From assembly GCA_030704615.1 (NCBI GenBank), contig CM060731.1, positions 12,214,001 through 12,278,000 on the forward strand: 64,000 bases of DNA, written 5' to 3'. Source of the stretch: Takakia lepidozioides. Its lineage: Eukaryota; Plantae; Bryophyta. The notes below the pieces were generated by a model. The model was not told the origin of the DNA, ran no database searches, and saw nothing but the letters and a program-made list of their open reading frames with translations. Both the position numbers and the translations under genes were made by a program. This document shows, piece by piece, positions 52,955 through 64,000 of the stretch; position 1 is the stretch's first letter; each line of letters opens with the position of its first letter.

Positions 52955-53029
52955 CAGCCAACGGGGTGGTTTGAACCCACAACCACTCGTAAGAAGGTAT
53001 ATGCCTTTACCACTGGGCTACATGTTGGT
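52955..53029 (-). other. tRNA-derived sequence (SINE head or tRNA pseudogene)
   Basis: Minus strand has an A-box TAGCCCAGTGG and a B-box GGTTCAAACC at tRNA spacing, with CCAAC/GTTGG ends. Anticodon and T stems pair poorly. Confidence 0.6.
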
Positions 53030-53071
53030 TGGGGTTGCCAATGAACAATACAAAGGGCTCAACGTACCAGT

Positions 53072-53141
53072 CACACTTTGACAACCCCTTGAAATGTTGT
53101 GACTGCAATTTTGCGACTTGTGAACAAATGTTCTTGTAATA
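53072..53141. mobile_element. Possible degenerate CACTA right terminus
   Basis: TTTTGCGAC subterminal-type motif, then TTCTTGTAATA (two G>A changes from TTCTTGTAGTG). Candidate left end CACTACTAG at 37351. Confidence 0.35.
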
Positions 53142-53245
53142 GATGATGACTTGACATCAGATATGTACATAATGTTGTAATGACTGACCCCTCAATGCAC
53201 CAGTCATGGCTCAGATTGACTATGTGGTTTGACTATCTATATACC
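53141..53245 (+). repeat. 105-bp direct repeat, copy 2
   Basis: Matches 37549-37653 with 6 mismatches. Confidence 0.92.
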
Positions 53246-53566
53246 CGAATGGCATGTAAGCTTCCACAAAAGCTTCTAGAGAATTATTTCACTTGTCAAG
53301 TTTGACATGGGCTTAGGGCCTAGACAACGTTAAAGTACACCGATTTTCTGAGCAGATGTACGCAACATAAATGATGACATATGTTGTTGCCATCATGATC
53401 AGTGATTGTCTTCATCTAAATTCAAGATCCCAATCAAGAACAATATAGATGACAAAATCTAGCCTCAATTGATATAGACAGGTTACACTGAAAACCGAGG
53501 CAAGCTGAAGCTGCATGATGAAAAAATCATTCAGAATCATCTTTCAATCGCGTATTTCGCGCGTAA

Positions 53567-53725
53567 CCGAGCGAAATAGAACAACATCTCGCGGAATTAA
53601 TCCCAGTCCCACAATTCAATTATCTCTATGTCGATGTCATGCAACAAAGTGACGGTTCATCATGTGGCGTATTTGCGATAGCTTATGCCATGGATATAGC
53701 ATTGGATTACACCCCACACATTCCC
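53567..53725 (+). pseudogene. Ulp1-like (C48) cysteine protease C-terminal fragment, probably transposon-borne
   Basis: YVDVMQQSDGSSCGVFAIAYA contains the Q-x-D/N-x-x-x-CG(V/L)F catalytic Cys motif. The His/Asp part is not seen. Confidence 0.6.
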
Positions 53726-53980
53726 GATACCATTTCCAAAACAACATTAAATTTAAAATGGTGTAGTGTGCGTGGTGCTTGTTTGCTGTTATGTGGGATC
53801 GAGGGGAGTGCCATGTGTGTGTGCGTCGGTATTTGTTGTTTCCTTTGAGGCTCAGTGTCGGGGTGCTATGGAGGGCATGGGTTTCTCGATTTTTCTGGAT
53901 GTTTTTTTTTTTTCCTCCTATTTCGGGAGGGCGGTCAGTGCATCTACATGAGATGGTTGTTTGATGTGGTGTCTGCTGCT

Positions 53981-54051
53981 TGGGGAGGGACGGAAGGAGG
54001 GGGAGGGAGAGGGGGAGGGGGGAGGGGGGGGGGGGGGGGGGGGGTGGGGGG
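53981..54051 (+). repeat. Poly-G/GA tract (G-quadruplex-prone)
   Basis: Multiple G runs including a ~20-nt homopolymer. Confidence 0.9.
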
Positions 54052-56504
54052 TGTGTCTGCATAATGGGCAGAAAATGGGGTTCAACTCCTCACTTCTTGG
54101 GCATAGATAGGGGTATGCCTATGTTATACTTTTGTATTGTTCCTCATGTTTTTTGCATAATATATATTTCCAATCAAAATAATCATTGTATGCGTGGGGA
54201 TGGGACCCCCTTTCTGTGCCAATTGAACGCAGTAGTGCGGAGCAACGCGAAGCCCTAGTACGTAAACTACAAGATTGTTGTTAATACTTGCATGTTAGTC
54301 TATTGGTTAGTATAGTTCGTTGGGGTATTAGAGGTCGGGGGTTCCCCCCCCCCTCTCATTTTTTGGGTAGTTAGTTTTTTTTAGTGATCCTTCCAGTTAG
54401 TTGCCTAAGAAGTTGTATAAGCTATTGAGTTATTACTCTTATATCAAAGCATAGAAGCTGGTGTAGTGGTTAGATGGTTGTTTGTTCCAAAGGCTGGGAA
54501 ATCAAATACGTCTTCCGATTAATTATTTTATTTTTGTAGTTATCTTTTAGCTAAAGGATTAATTGTTTTAATGTACTTATTAATGGTGGTTTGTTGACGG
54601 TTTAATATTTATTTAGCTACCAAAATTATTAATCATAAAATTCAGCAGATATATTTAGAAATCACACATAGTCACATTTAAAAAATAAAAATTGTGTAAA
54701 CCAATTGTGTTTGAAATAGAATGATTCTTGTTCGAATGCTAACCCCTGTATATTGGTGTTACTTCTTATGATTGTCTTAAACCTAACCGTTCAATACAAA
54801 CGGAATCTCTCACGTAAATAATACTGAATAATCGTAAACTCATAGGAGCAGCACCTTAGGGCTAAGCGGCGCCTTTGGGACCTAACTTAGCTCTGTCTAA
54901 CCGTTAAGTCTAATTTAAATATGCAATCATTAGTGCGGTGTATCAGAGGTTGTCATATTTTTGGTACGTCTATCGGGAGTTAGACTAGCTGCTTTTAGAT
55001 CATTAAATATCTTGCTTGTTGTGATAATAAATTATATTACGAAATATTCTCAGCAATTGAAAATGGTTGTGCAGAAGGAAGATGGTACTAGGTAGCGCAC
55101 GATCGTTTTTTTGTATCATTTGAGAGGAGAGTACAGGGACAGTACTGCACCATATCCTCATGTCATTTGGGAGAATGAGATCCCGAGGATCAGCGGGAAA
55201 TCACCCATCGCTGTTTGAGTAAAGATCCTCAAGATTATTGAGAAATATCGAGATGTCTGGATCGCGGCAAACGTAGGTCCTCCTAGACCGGAGGCTTATA
55301 TGACGCCAATCATAGAGTTCCTCCGATTGTACACCAGGTGGTCGGGCTATTGTGAGCCGTCATTTCTAAGATATTTCACGTCTGAGTCACCAGCAGAAGT
55401 TCATCTGAAATGACAGATGACATATTTAGATGCGTGTCCCCTGTGTAAGATCATCGTAGATAATAGTCTACGGCACACTACCTCCCGTCCCAGATGTAGT
55501 ATGGATCAGTCTGTTGCATTGTTGAACATGAGCGGTAACACTATTCATATTGATAAAAAGCACTATTGGGTTTGTTGGTTGTTGGGGTGTTGTAGTGCTA
55601 AAAAGAGTGCACTTGGTACGCTTCATGAAAACCCCACGTTAGTTCTATGATTCAGACGTTGCACTACCGCAGCGGAAGCAAAGAAGACAATACTACATCT
55701 AGCTATTCCTAGTTTAACACATCAATGACACTTGCAAACTTTATTCAGTGATTCTGGTCAGCCCCGTGGATCAACTTCACTATTCTTTGCTCTGGGTTGT
55801 GTTACACTTTCACCATTCCTGACACAACATTCTTGTAAAGAACAAGGTCACGCATAAGTGAGTACTTAGTCATCATACATCAGGTGTTGCCCTTAATCCA
55901 TCCTACCACACATCACTGTAAAAACAAAATATTTTCTAATCTTTGATCATGCTGACAGTAAATCAGTCCCTTTGGAATTCGATAATTTCCTGTCATGACA
56001 CTCTTATAACTAATCCCGAATCCATTCAGCAGGTTGAAGATCATGATATCAAAAGTACAAATCCCCTCATCAAGATCCTCAACAACAACGAATAAAGTCC
56101 ATGTAGATTTCACAAAAACTGCCGCCAGTATTATATTTCACTCAGTCCATTCCACCAGGTACATCATTTTGCGCTCTCTTACCTTCACATCTCTTCACTA
56201 CGATCTGAGTCTCTCAACTGTTGTCTTCGCACATTGTTCTCCGTTTCCCCATCATCTCTCTCTCTCTCTCTCAACTGATCCCGTCAACACTGATGCCAAG
56301 AACGGTGCTGGACCCGCTATTTAAGTTTGTTGGTTGCAACATAATTTTATAATAATTTATTTAGTCCTAAATTTTGTATTTATTCGAGCCGTCTTCTAAG
56401 GCATGGTGCCACCGTCCACATTTATACGCTGGGTTTATGGAGATGATCCACCTTTACCTTAAATAATATTTTCCTATGATATGATACCAAAAATTGTAGC
56501 TATC

Positions 56505-56942
56505 CAGGTTTGAACCCTGGTTCCATCTAACAATATTTATTATGTCAAAGCGTCACTTCTCAGTTTTGAACCTTGGACCCTTTGAATCATTACTATATAA
56601 GTTAATATCTGCAAGTGTTGCCCCTCGGGTTTGATCCCATGTTCCCTGCTCAGATCTCATCCATCCACCTTGTCCTTTATCCCTCCTTTCCATCCTGCCA
56701 CGCCTCTTTATTTATTGCAGCAGCTCCGTAATCAAAACATGTTTCCTCCCGGATTTGAACCCAGGTTTTTGCCCATCTTTATTTAAAGCGTCACATCCTG
56801 GGTTTGATCCCAAGTTCTCATTTAACCATTTCATCCATCTCCTCTATTTTTCATCCATTGTCTCTCCACCTTGCCTTAACTCCTTAAGTATATTTGTAGC
56901 ATACTCCAAAAATGTCACTTGTCAGTTTTGAACTCAGAACCT
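56505..56942 (-). repeat. Array of six B-box-like motifs (GGGWTCAAACC on the minus strand)
   Basis: Plus-strand GGTTTGAACCC variants at 56507, 56563, 56628, 56752, 56801 and 56925. Confidence 0.65.
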
Positions 56943-57359
56943 CATACCTCCTTCACCATCTTGCCCGAATTACCTTAAACATTTTTGAGACCTCGTTTTA
57001 CACTACAGCGTAGTGTAGAGGATCTTTTACGGCCACCTCTTCTTCATCATATCGGAAATATACGGCAGGTACCACCGCCAATGTTCTATGGCTATGGGAA
57101 GGGCACGGCAGCTGAATTAGTTTTCATGTTTATCCAGTTGCATTATATTAGTGTTACTGAGCTGGTTTGCAAGATTTGTATCCGGGGGGGCGCCAGTACT
57201 AATCCAGGATTTAGATGCCCATTCTGAAGCTCATTGAGCCCATGGAGTCCAGATCTGGAATTCATGACCATTAACAGTCCTAATTCTGTGAATGACTGGC
57301 TTGACGGACTTCCGGACATACCCGGATTGGTCAAAGTTGTAACTGAAACCGAATAGATA

Positions 57360-57952
57360 TATTTACTAAGGGCTTGTTAAGACTATAATACTTATGCTTT
57401 TAACAAAACGATTTTTTTTTGTATAAATTGACCAGTTTTCTTATAGTAAACAATACATAATTCTAATTAGACAATATTCACATTGATATAATATAGTGAG
57501 ATAATACCATGTAATTATCCACGTTTGCATCAAAAGCATATATATTATACATGTGTTCTATATAGTTGTTATATTTTTTTAACATATTTCTAGTTCAGTA
57601 AACTGCATATTTGATTATTTTTATTAATAATAAATATACTAATTATAATGAAAATTAATTGTACAATATATTGTGTTAATATTTCATTAATATTATATAT
57701 TACGACATATTAATATATAATTATTTAGTATTAAATTTCTGAATTTTTAATAATTAACTTTAATTTACAACTAAGAATTCATAATTAATTAATTATTATA
57801 AATTCTCAATTAATTAGTTTAAGTATTAGTTTATTTAGTTTAAGAATTAAATAATTACTTGACTTTAAAATAACTTAAATTAGTTACTTAATTACTTAAT
57901 TAATATCATAATAATCGTATTATTAGAATTATTAGAATATATATATATATAT
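57360..57952. repeat. Extremely AT-rich low-complexity tract ending in (TA)n
   Basis: Base composition seen directly. Confidence 0.8.
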
Positions 57953-59810
57953 GTTCGCGGAATTGCGGGAGGTGGAAACTGCACGGTCAAGAGGAGGTCA
58001 TATAATTGTCAGTTCCTCACAAAATTGCAGATATTCTGTTATTCTCTTTCCTTACAGACCCCACAATCTCATGTCTCACGTGGATTGTACATAGTTCGGC
58101 ACGGAACTGCGGGAGTGCGAGTAATTGAATTCTGCACGTTCCCCATCTTTCATATACTTCTTTAACTCTTTTGTTCCTCCAAACCAAATCATTTTTTCAT
58201 GCGCAGTTTGGCACGGATTTCCGTATGGTTTGTTTTTTTTTTTTTTAGATCGCTTGGCTGCATTATCCTATATTGTTTGCATCTACTTCTTTTCCCTGTA
58301 TATATATGCAAATGTGATATTGTTTTCCAACTTATATTACATTGGATGGCGTAGAGTGGAAATACCCGACGCAGTGCATGGAGGCATGCCCTGCGGAACC
58401 TATTTGTTTCTTGGATGGATATACCCATCCATAATGTATAGTTGCGTATTACCGCAAAATATGCGTACATTTCCTCGGATTCAGCCTTTCCTGCCTGAAA
58501 TTGTAGTTTTACACAAAACTGCGAGCGAGCCCGAGGTTTACGACAAGGAGGAAGGGTTTTGTTTCGGGTTAAGTTCGGGAATCAAAGGGAATATTTTCCA
58601 AAATTAAATATAATTCCACGTCTGCTCACAATATTTTCTACTCACACTCACTTGAAACACTACAACATCATATTTCCAAAAGTCTGGTCTCCACCTCATC
58701 ACTTCATCCCACAGCCTGATACGTCATTTTCTTGCATTCTCCGCACTACTCACAAGAAAGAACGTACAAAATGCTCCGCAGCCCAGGCTTAAATCCCCAA
58801 GCCTGCCTACCCATAATCTGCTGAACCTTCCCTCCAAGCCAGACATTGTCAACCTCCATCTTAAAGAGCAAAGCTGTAAATTCTACCAAAAACTGAGCCC
58901 TATCATGAACCATGCCGCTCGAATTCACAACTGTGAGCTGCATGAAATAAAAAGAATCAGAGAACATTGCTATTGACCAGCCTTAAGCTTGCTGAGTGTC
59001 AGCAGATCGTGTCTCCAAAACCAGCTTTTCACACTTAGCCTGCCGCGCAACGAGACCCCGCAAAACTAGGGCTCATATGATGAACGTATCCCGATTTCCA
59101 CAAATGATGGAAAACCAAAAATTCATGATTCATTCTAAATTAAACCAAAGGCAGAAAGGAAATTATCACAATGGATTCACACTAGAAACCATTTGCGTCG
59201 TATATCGGCCTTGTCACAAGCGCATACCCACGCCTTTAAAGACCCTAGCAAAAATGTCAATTTTGATTAATAAAGCAGAAAATGAAGAAGTCCATAAAAA
59301 TATGTATTAGATATGAAGCTATCCAATGAATCATACATTAGCACCTAGATATACCATAAACCTCTCCATCTTGCAAGAAAATCAAAGCGTATTATTCCGT
59401 ATGACGTCTGTCAAAAGGGTCAGAAACATCTCACAAAAAACTAACCGACTCTATACAACAAACAAGACTAGATTGGGTAATGAGACCGACAAGGTCCGAA
59501 CAAAACACGTTACATGAGCAAAAATACAAATGAACTTTATAGAATAATAGAGTACATGACCTAAATTGTATAAATTGTAGCTCAAGACTTGTATTGGCGA
59601 TAATGTTCTAGAATGCTTTAACAATATTTTAGAATATCTGAAACATTTTGTAATGTTTTGATTTAAAAAAAAATTCTGAACATTCTAAAAGTTTTTGGGC
59701 TATGTCCGTGACACCCCCTTTTAAGACCATAAATATTTGGTCACAACTTAGGAGTTTCAAGCCTATGCTCGTGTCAGCATCATGACCCACGTGACCTACT
59801 GTCACGTTAG

Positions 59811-61662
59811 TGTACAACCCTGACTTGAAACGTCAAATTTATATAGAAAATAAATAAGAAATACAAGTGATTAAAAAAATATCACATAAGTTAAAACCTG
59901 AAAAAATAGCCACGTGGTCTAAAAAACCAACCACAAAATGTCACATCAGACAGAGAAACTATATATATATATATATATATATATAAGTCAAACACATCCT
60001 CAAAATTTATTTAAATTAAATTGAGACCGTTAGTCCTGACGATCCTTGATATTTAGATAAAATTAGGATCGTTAATGCTAGTAGTCCCACATATTTTCAA
60101 AACATTTAAATGAAATTGGGACCGTGGTACTAGCGATTGTGTTATAAATTAAAAATACTTAAATTAAACTGCGACAGGTAATGTTGGCGGTCCCATTATA
60201 TTTCAAAAGAAGTCGTGGTAAGATAAAGATTATTTAAGTTAAATTGGACTCCCGGTATAGAGTCAGCTTTAGCAAACCCGACGTATCTTTAGCAAAAGAT
60301 TAAAGGATTGAGACTGCCACTGACTTGGTGGTCGTAATTTTATATCAAAAATAAATTAGAAAATAAAATCGATATCGCCAAATCTGACAGTCCTGATTTT
60401 AACCGAATAATAATAATAATAATAATAAACGTGGCCGCACCTACGAAAGAATAAACTACATGGGACCGCCAATTTGGCAGTCTTTGATGTGACATCAGAA
60501 ACAAAACAAAACAAAATAAAATCGGGACCGTCGACTCTGGCAGTCTCAATTATATAAAATAAAATAAATAAAATATACAAAATAAAAAATTGGAACCTCT
60601 CTGGCGGTTTGGATTTTACATAAAAAGTAACAAAAAAACGGGACTGAGTTTTGGCGGTCCGGACTTAATCCAAAATTTATGTATTTATCGAAACCACCAG
60701 TTCTGACTGTCTTATTTATATCCAATAATAATAATAACAATAATAATAAATTCTGGAATGTCAGATCATACGGTCCTCATTTCATCCAAGAAAAAAAAAC
60801 AAACCCGTCAATTTTAGCGGTTTCGATTTTATCTCGAGAAAAAAAAAACGAGACCGACTGTGACAAAACGTCTATATCCCAAATAAATAAATAAATAAAT
60901 AAATCGGGACTGCCAAAGCTAGTGGTTGAAGGAGATTTTGAGAAGATATTTAGTAAATTTAGGACCACCACCTTCGTAGGTCTAGATTTTCAACAAAATA
61001 TTTAATAAATTGCGATCGCCTTGTGGGCCAGTGGAACCATGGTGACAATATGACGTGACACTAACACGTCACGTGCAAAGTCGTGCGTCACGTCGCTTCA
61101 AAAACTATTTTCTTTACTTAAATTTAATATTTTTACATTACATAGGTAACCTTAATAATAAATATACCATCAAATCAGCTTTCACTACCTTAATGTTTTA
61201 AGAATTATTAATAAATTTTAACATCGCCAGCTTTTATGATCCTTATTTATTTTATAAAGTATATTAATAAATTAACCGTCAGCTGTGGCGATCCCGATTT
61301 GATTTTTTTTAAGAAACCAAATTGAATTAAATGGAGATCATCAACTTTGATGGTCCCAAATCTTTTTATTAAAACTATTGATGAAAATCGAATCTACCAG
61401 CACTAACGATCCCGATTTTCAATTTTTTTTAATTTTAATGATTCGGGGCTGCCAGTGCTGGTGATCCTTGTATATATATATATATATATATATACCCTAT
61501 GTACCAGCTTTTAATTAATTAATTAATTTACTGAGATATATTTTTTGTGTTTTCTAAGGTCACACGGTTATTTTTTATATTTGTTTTAGTGTTATTGACT
61601 TCTTAACCCTTACTTTTATATAAAACTGAGTTGAGGAGACCCGGTTGGGCGGGAGATGTACA
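59811..61662. mobile_element. Foldback-like non-autonomous DNA element with an array of AAATCGGGACCGCCA-N3-5-TGGCGGTCCCGATTT palindromes
   Basis: TGTACA at both ends and degenerate ~130-bp inverted arms (59811-59949 vs 61531-61662). Internal (TA)n at ~59960 and ~61471. Roughly 20 degenerate palindromic units between them, with further copies at ~62215-62315. Confidence 0.6.
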
Positions 61663-64000
61663 TTTTTTTTTTAAATTTTTTGTAATTGGTTGTTGGGCGA
61701 CCATCTGACGACAGAAGATCTTTAGGCGACCGTCATGCAATTGGCGACAGCATGTCTTAAACAACCCTGGTTATGATGTGAAGGAACCGTGCCTGTTTCT
61801 TTTTTTCTTCCGCTGCAGGGCAGCAAGTAACGGCTATGAATTTGGTTATTTAAACAACTCTGATAATGAACTGAATGAACCGTACCTGCATTTTCTCTTC
61901 CGTTGCAAGGCAGTAGGTATTGGACATAAACATGAGCTGTAGGTGAAAAGTTAGTAACTAGGATTTTTTGCGTAGGCCCGCCTTTTCACACCACAATTTG
62001 TTGCGTGCATCAAGCTCAAGCTTCCCACACCGATTTCTTGTATCGAGAGCGCTGTCCGCAAGAAAAATGTCGTCAACACATGATTTGTCTTAAAAAATGA
62101 GTGTCTGAAAGTTGTAAAGTTGATGTATGTGCTTAAAAAACGCGCGGATTATTTTTTGAGTGTTTTTGAGCCAAGAGAGCCGAATTGCACACAGACAGTG
62201 AAGAACTAGAACACTGGCAGGTCTGAATCATTAAAAAATAAAAATCCGTGATCGCTAGTGTTGGTGGTTTCGATTTTCTTCAATAGTTTTAATAAACAAA
62301 ATCGGGATCGTCAAAGTTTAAACGCATAGCCGTCCGTGGTATTTGTATCAGAAACGGCAAAACATCGACAGAATGTCGCGCACCTCACTTCGGTAAGCTC
62401 CCCCTCAAGTCATAGTTACTCGCTTTGATGCGCGCGCCTGACTCCCAACCTGGCCGCCGGGCCAACTTGGAGCTTCGGCTGCTCACCGGGGCATAACGGT
62501 CCCCCTTTGTTCTCCCAAAGAACCCTCCACCGATTTGGAACGAGCGGGAATTCCCTTTGGTAGTTGGTAGTCCGGAACAGCTCCCCACTCTTTGGTCGCT
62601 TTCCGGCTCGCTCGCTTACCGGCTCGCTCGCTTACTCACTAGTTTTTGGTCACCAACGGGCTTGCACCGTTCTCAGGGTACTACTCCCTATATATACTTC
62701 TGTAGCTGTCCGCGGGGGTTTCACAACCAGCCATGCCATTTTATGGCGAACCACCACGAAAACCCTCGACTCCCGGTGATGAGTCGGGGTGAGTCTTGGC
62801 CCACTTACCACGGCCCCTATGGACCGTGATGAGTCCCAAGACTCCCCACGATTCCCACCATGAGGTCTCCGCCCCCATGGTGAGTCCTATGCCACCCCCA
62901 CTAAGTCCCGCTAAGCTACCACCACCCCTTGTGGAGCCACCCCCATCGCAACCCGGTGTGCGGGGCTCCACCTAGTGAGCGCCTCTGCCTCCTTGAGTGC
63001 CTTGGGCACTCAAGGGTGCTTCAGCCCCCCCATACCTATCGCTGCCGCTGCCCCCACCACAGGGGCAGCCCCTCATGTGTCCCGACCCCCCTTCCCTCAA
63101 GGCAAAGGGTCGCGACACACACCCCTACCAACAGGGAGTCGATGTCCTCATCGACTTGTCCATTTTGTTGAAACGAACATCCAAGTTGTGGCGTCCCACA
63201 TCAAGGAGTTTGTTTCCGTACCATGGCGTCCCATGGCAAAGAACCAAACCCCACACTTGACTCCACTAGCTAGTTCGGCCGACTTCCTCCAAGTCCCGGC
63301 CAGGGGTGGAGCCTCTCAAGCTCCTCCTAGTGCACTCTTCTTGGCCTTCTTCAAGGTCAAGGAACGATCCTCCCCGAGGATCGAATCGCCTTACTGTAAC
63401 AACATTGCTTGCGATCGCTCCTGATGCCGCTTTTAGCATCACTTTGTGCAAGGGTTCACCTCGAACCCCCTTTGACTAGGAAGATAACCTTGAACCAACC
63501 GTGTGCCCCAATCACTACAATTGGGTCCGTCTTGGAATGCTGGCCTGAGGTACGGGAACACGTCGAAGCCGCACTACGACTTCGTCTCGAGGCTACACGA
63601 TTATAGTACGTGAACGGAAGCACATAGCTCCCGCGTTAGCCCGCACAACAAGGCAACCACCTCGGTAGCGCAGTTATAGTACGCGCTCGCGCCAGGTGCG
63701 CACTAGCACGTGAACTCCCAAAGAAGGCGCATGTTTCCTTGCCCTTTGGATGGGAGTCACCCGATTTCGGCACTGCGCAAACACACGATTAACCCAATTT
63801 ACCTCTCCCACTTTTGTAAGCTAGCATGTATTCTACACACTAGCCAACCACACCATGCATCACCATTCCAAACAAAATAGGACACAGAACATTTGGAGCC
63901 CATTTCCTTTATAACAAATTTTTGTACAATACAAGTTTTTGCAATCAGATTCCTGAGCTAGCTAAGCCGGGCTAAGCATGCATTTCCTCCCCCACGCTCC

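Noticed and set aside
52955-53029. Functional tRNA gene
   Set aside because: Acceptor, anticodon and T stems do not pair properly.
55000-57340. Possible decayed gene fragments
   Set aside because: No recognisable domain and frequent stops in all frames examined.
58746-58967. Isolated exon-like segment on the minus strand
   Set aside because: Plausible splice sites but no partner exons or recognisable homology.
62385-63660. GC-rich ORF cluster, possibly the start of another transposon
   Set aside because: Pro-rich low-complexity translations only; no domain, TIR, LTR or PBS identified.

Overview
Eukaryotic land-plant genomic DNA. It is most likely from a bryophyte or other non-seed plant, an inference from PPR style and repeat content. 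The left ~10 kb holds a spliced exocyst SEC5/EXOC2 gene on the minus strand (18 exons resolved, running off the left edge). A frameshifted PLS-class PPR pseudogene follows. The remaining ~50 kb is a nested transposon graveyard: a PIF/Harbinger-type MITE; three hAT elements with CAGTGTTG termini and 8-bp TSDs, one enclosing a dead transposase; two Ty3/gypsy-like gag(-protease) remnants; a truncated CACTA transposase with a divergent accessory gene; two degenerate Mutator-like transposases (WRKY/GCM-like Zn domain + DDE, with SWIM retained in copy 2); a Ulp1-protease fragment; tRNA-derived sequences; and a foldback element. The most unusual feature is at 42.4-50.1 kb. A spliced gene with a ParB/Srx-like domain (GNHRLLA = GxxRxxA) sits head-to-head with a Mutator transposase. 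About 12 copies of a 22-bp palindrome, TGAATG(T/G/A)CG-N4-CG(A/C/T)CATTCA, lie in its first intron and 3' flank. This could be a transposon-borne ParB/parS-like module. This copy is pseudogenised and all functional claims are inference.
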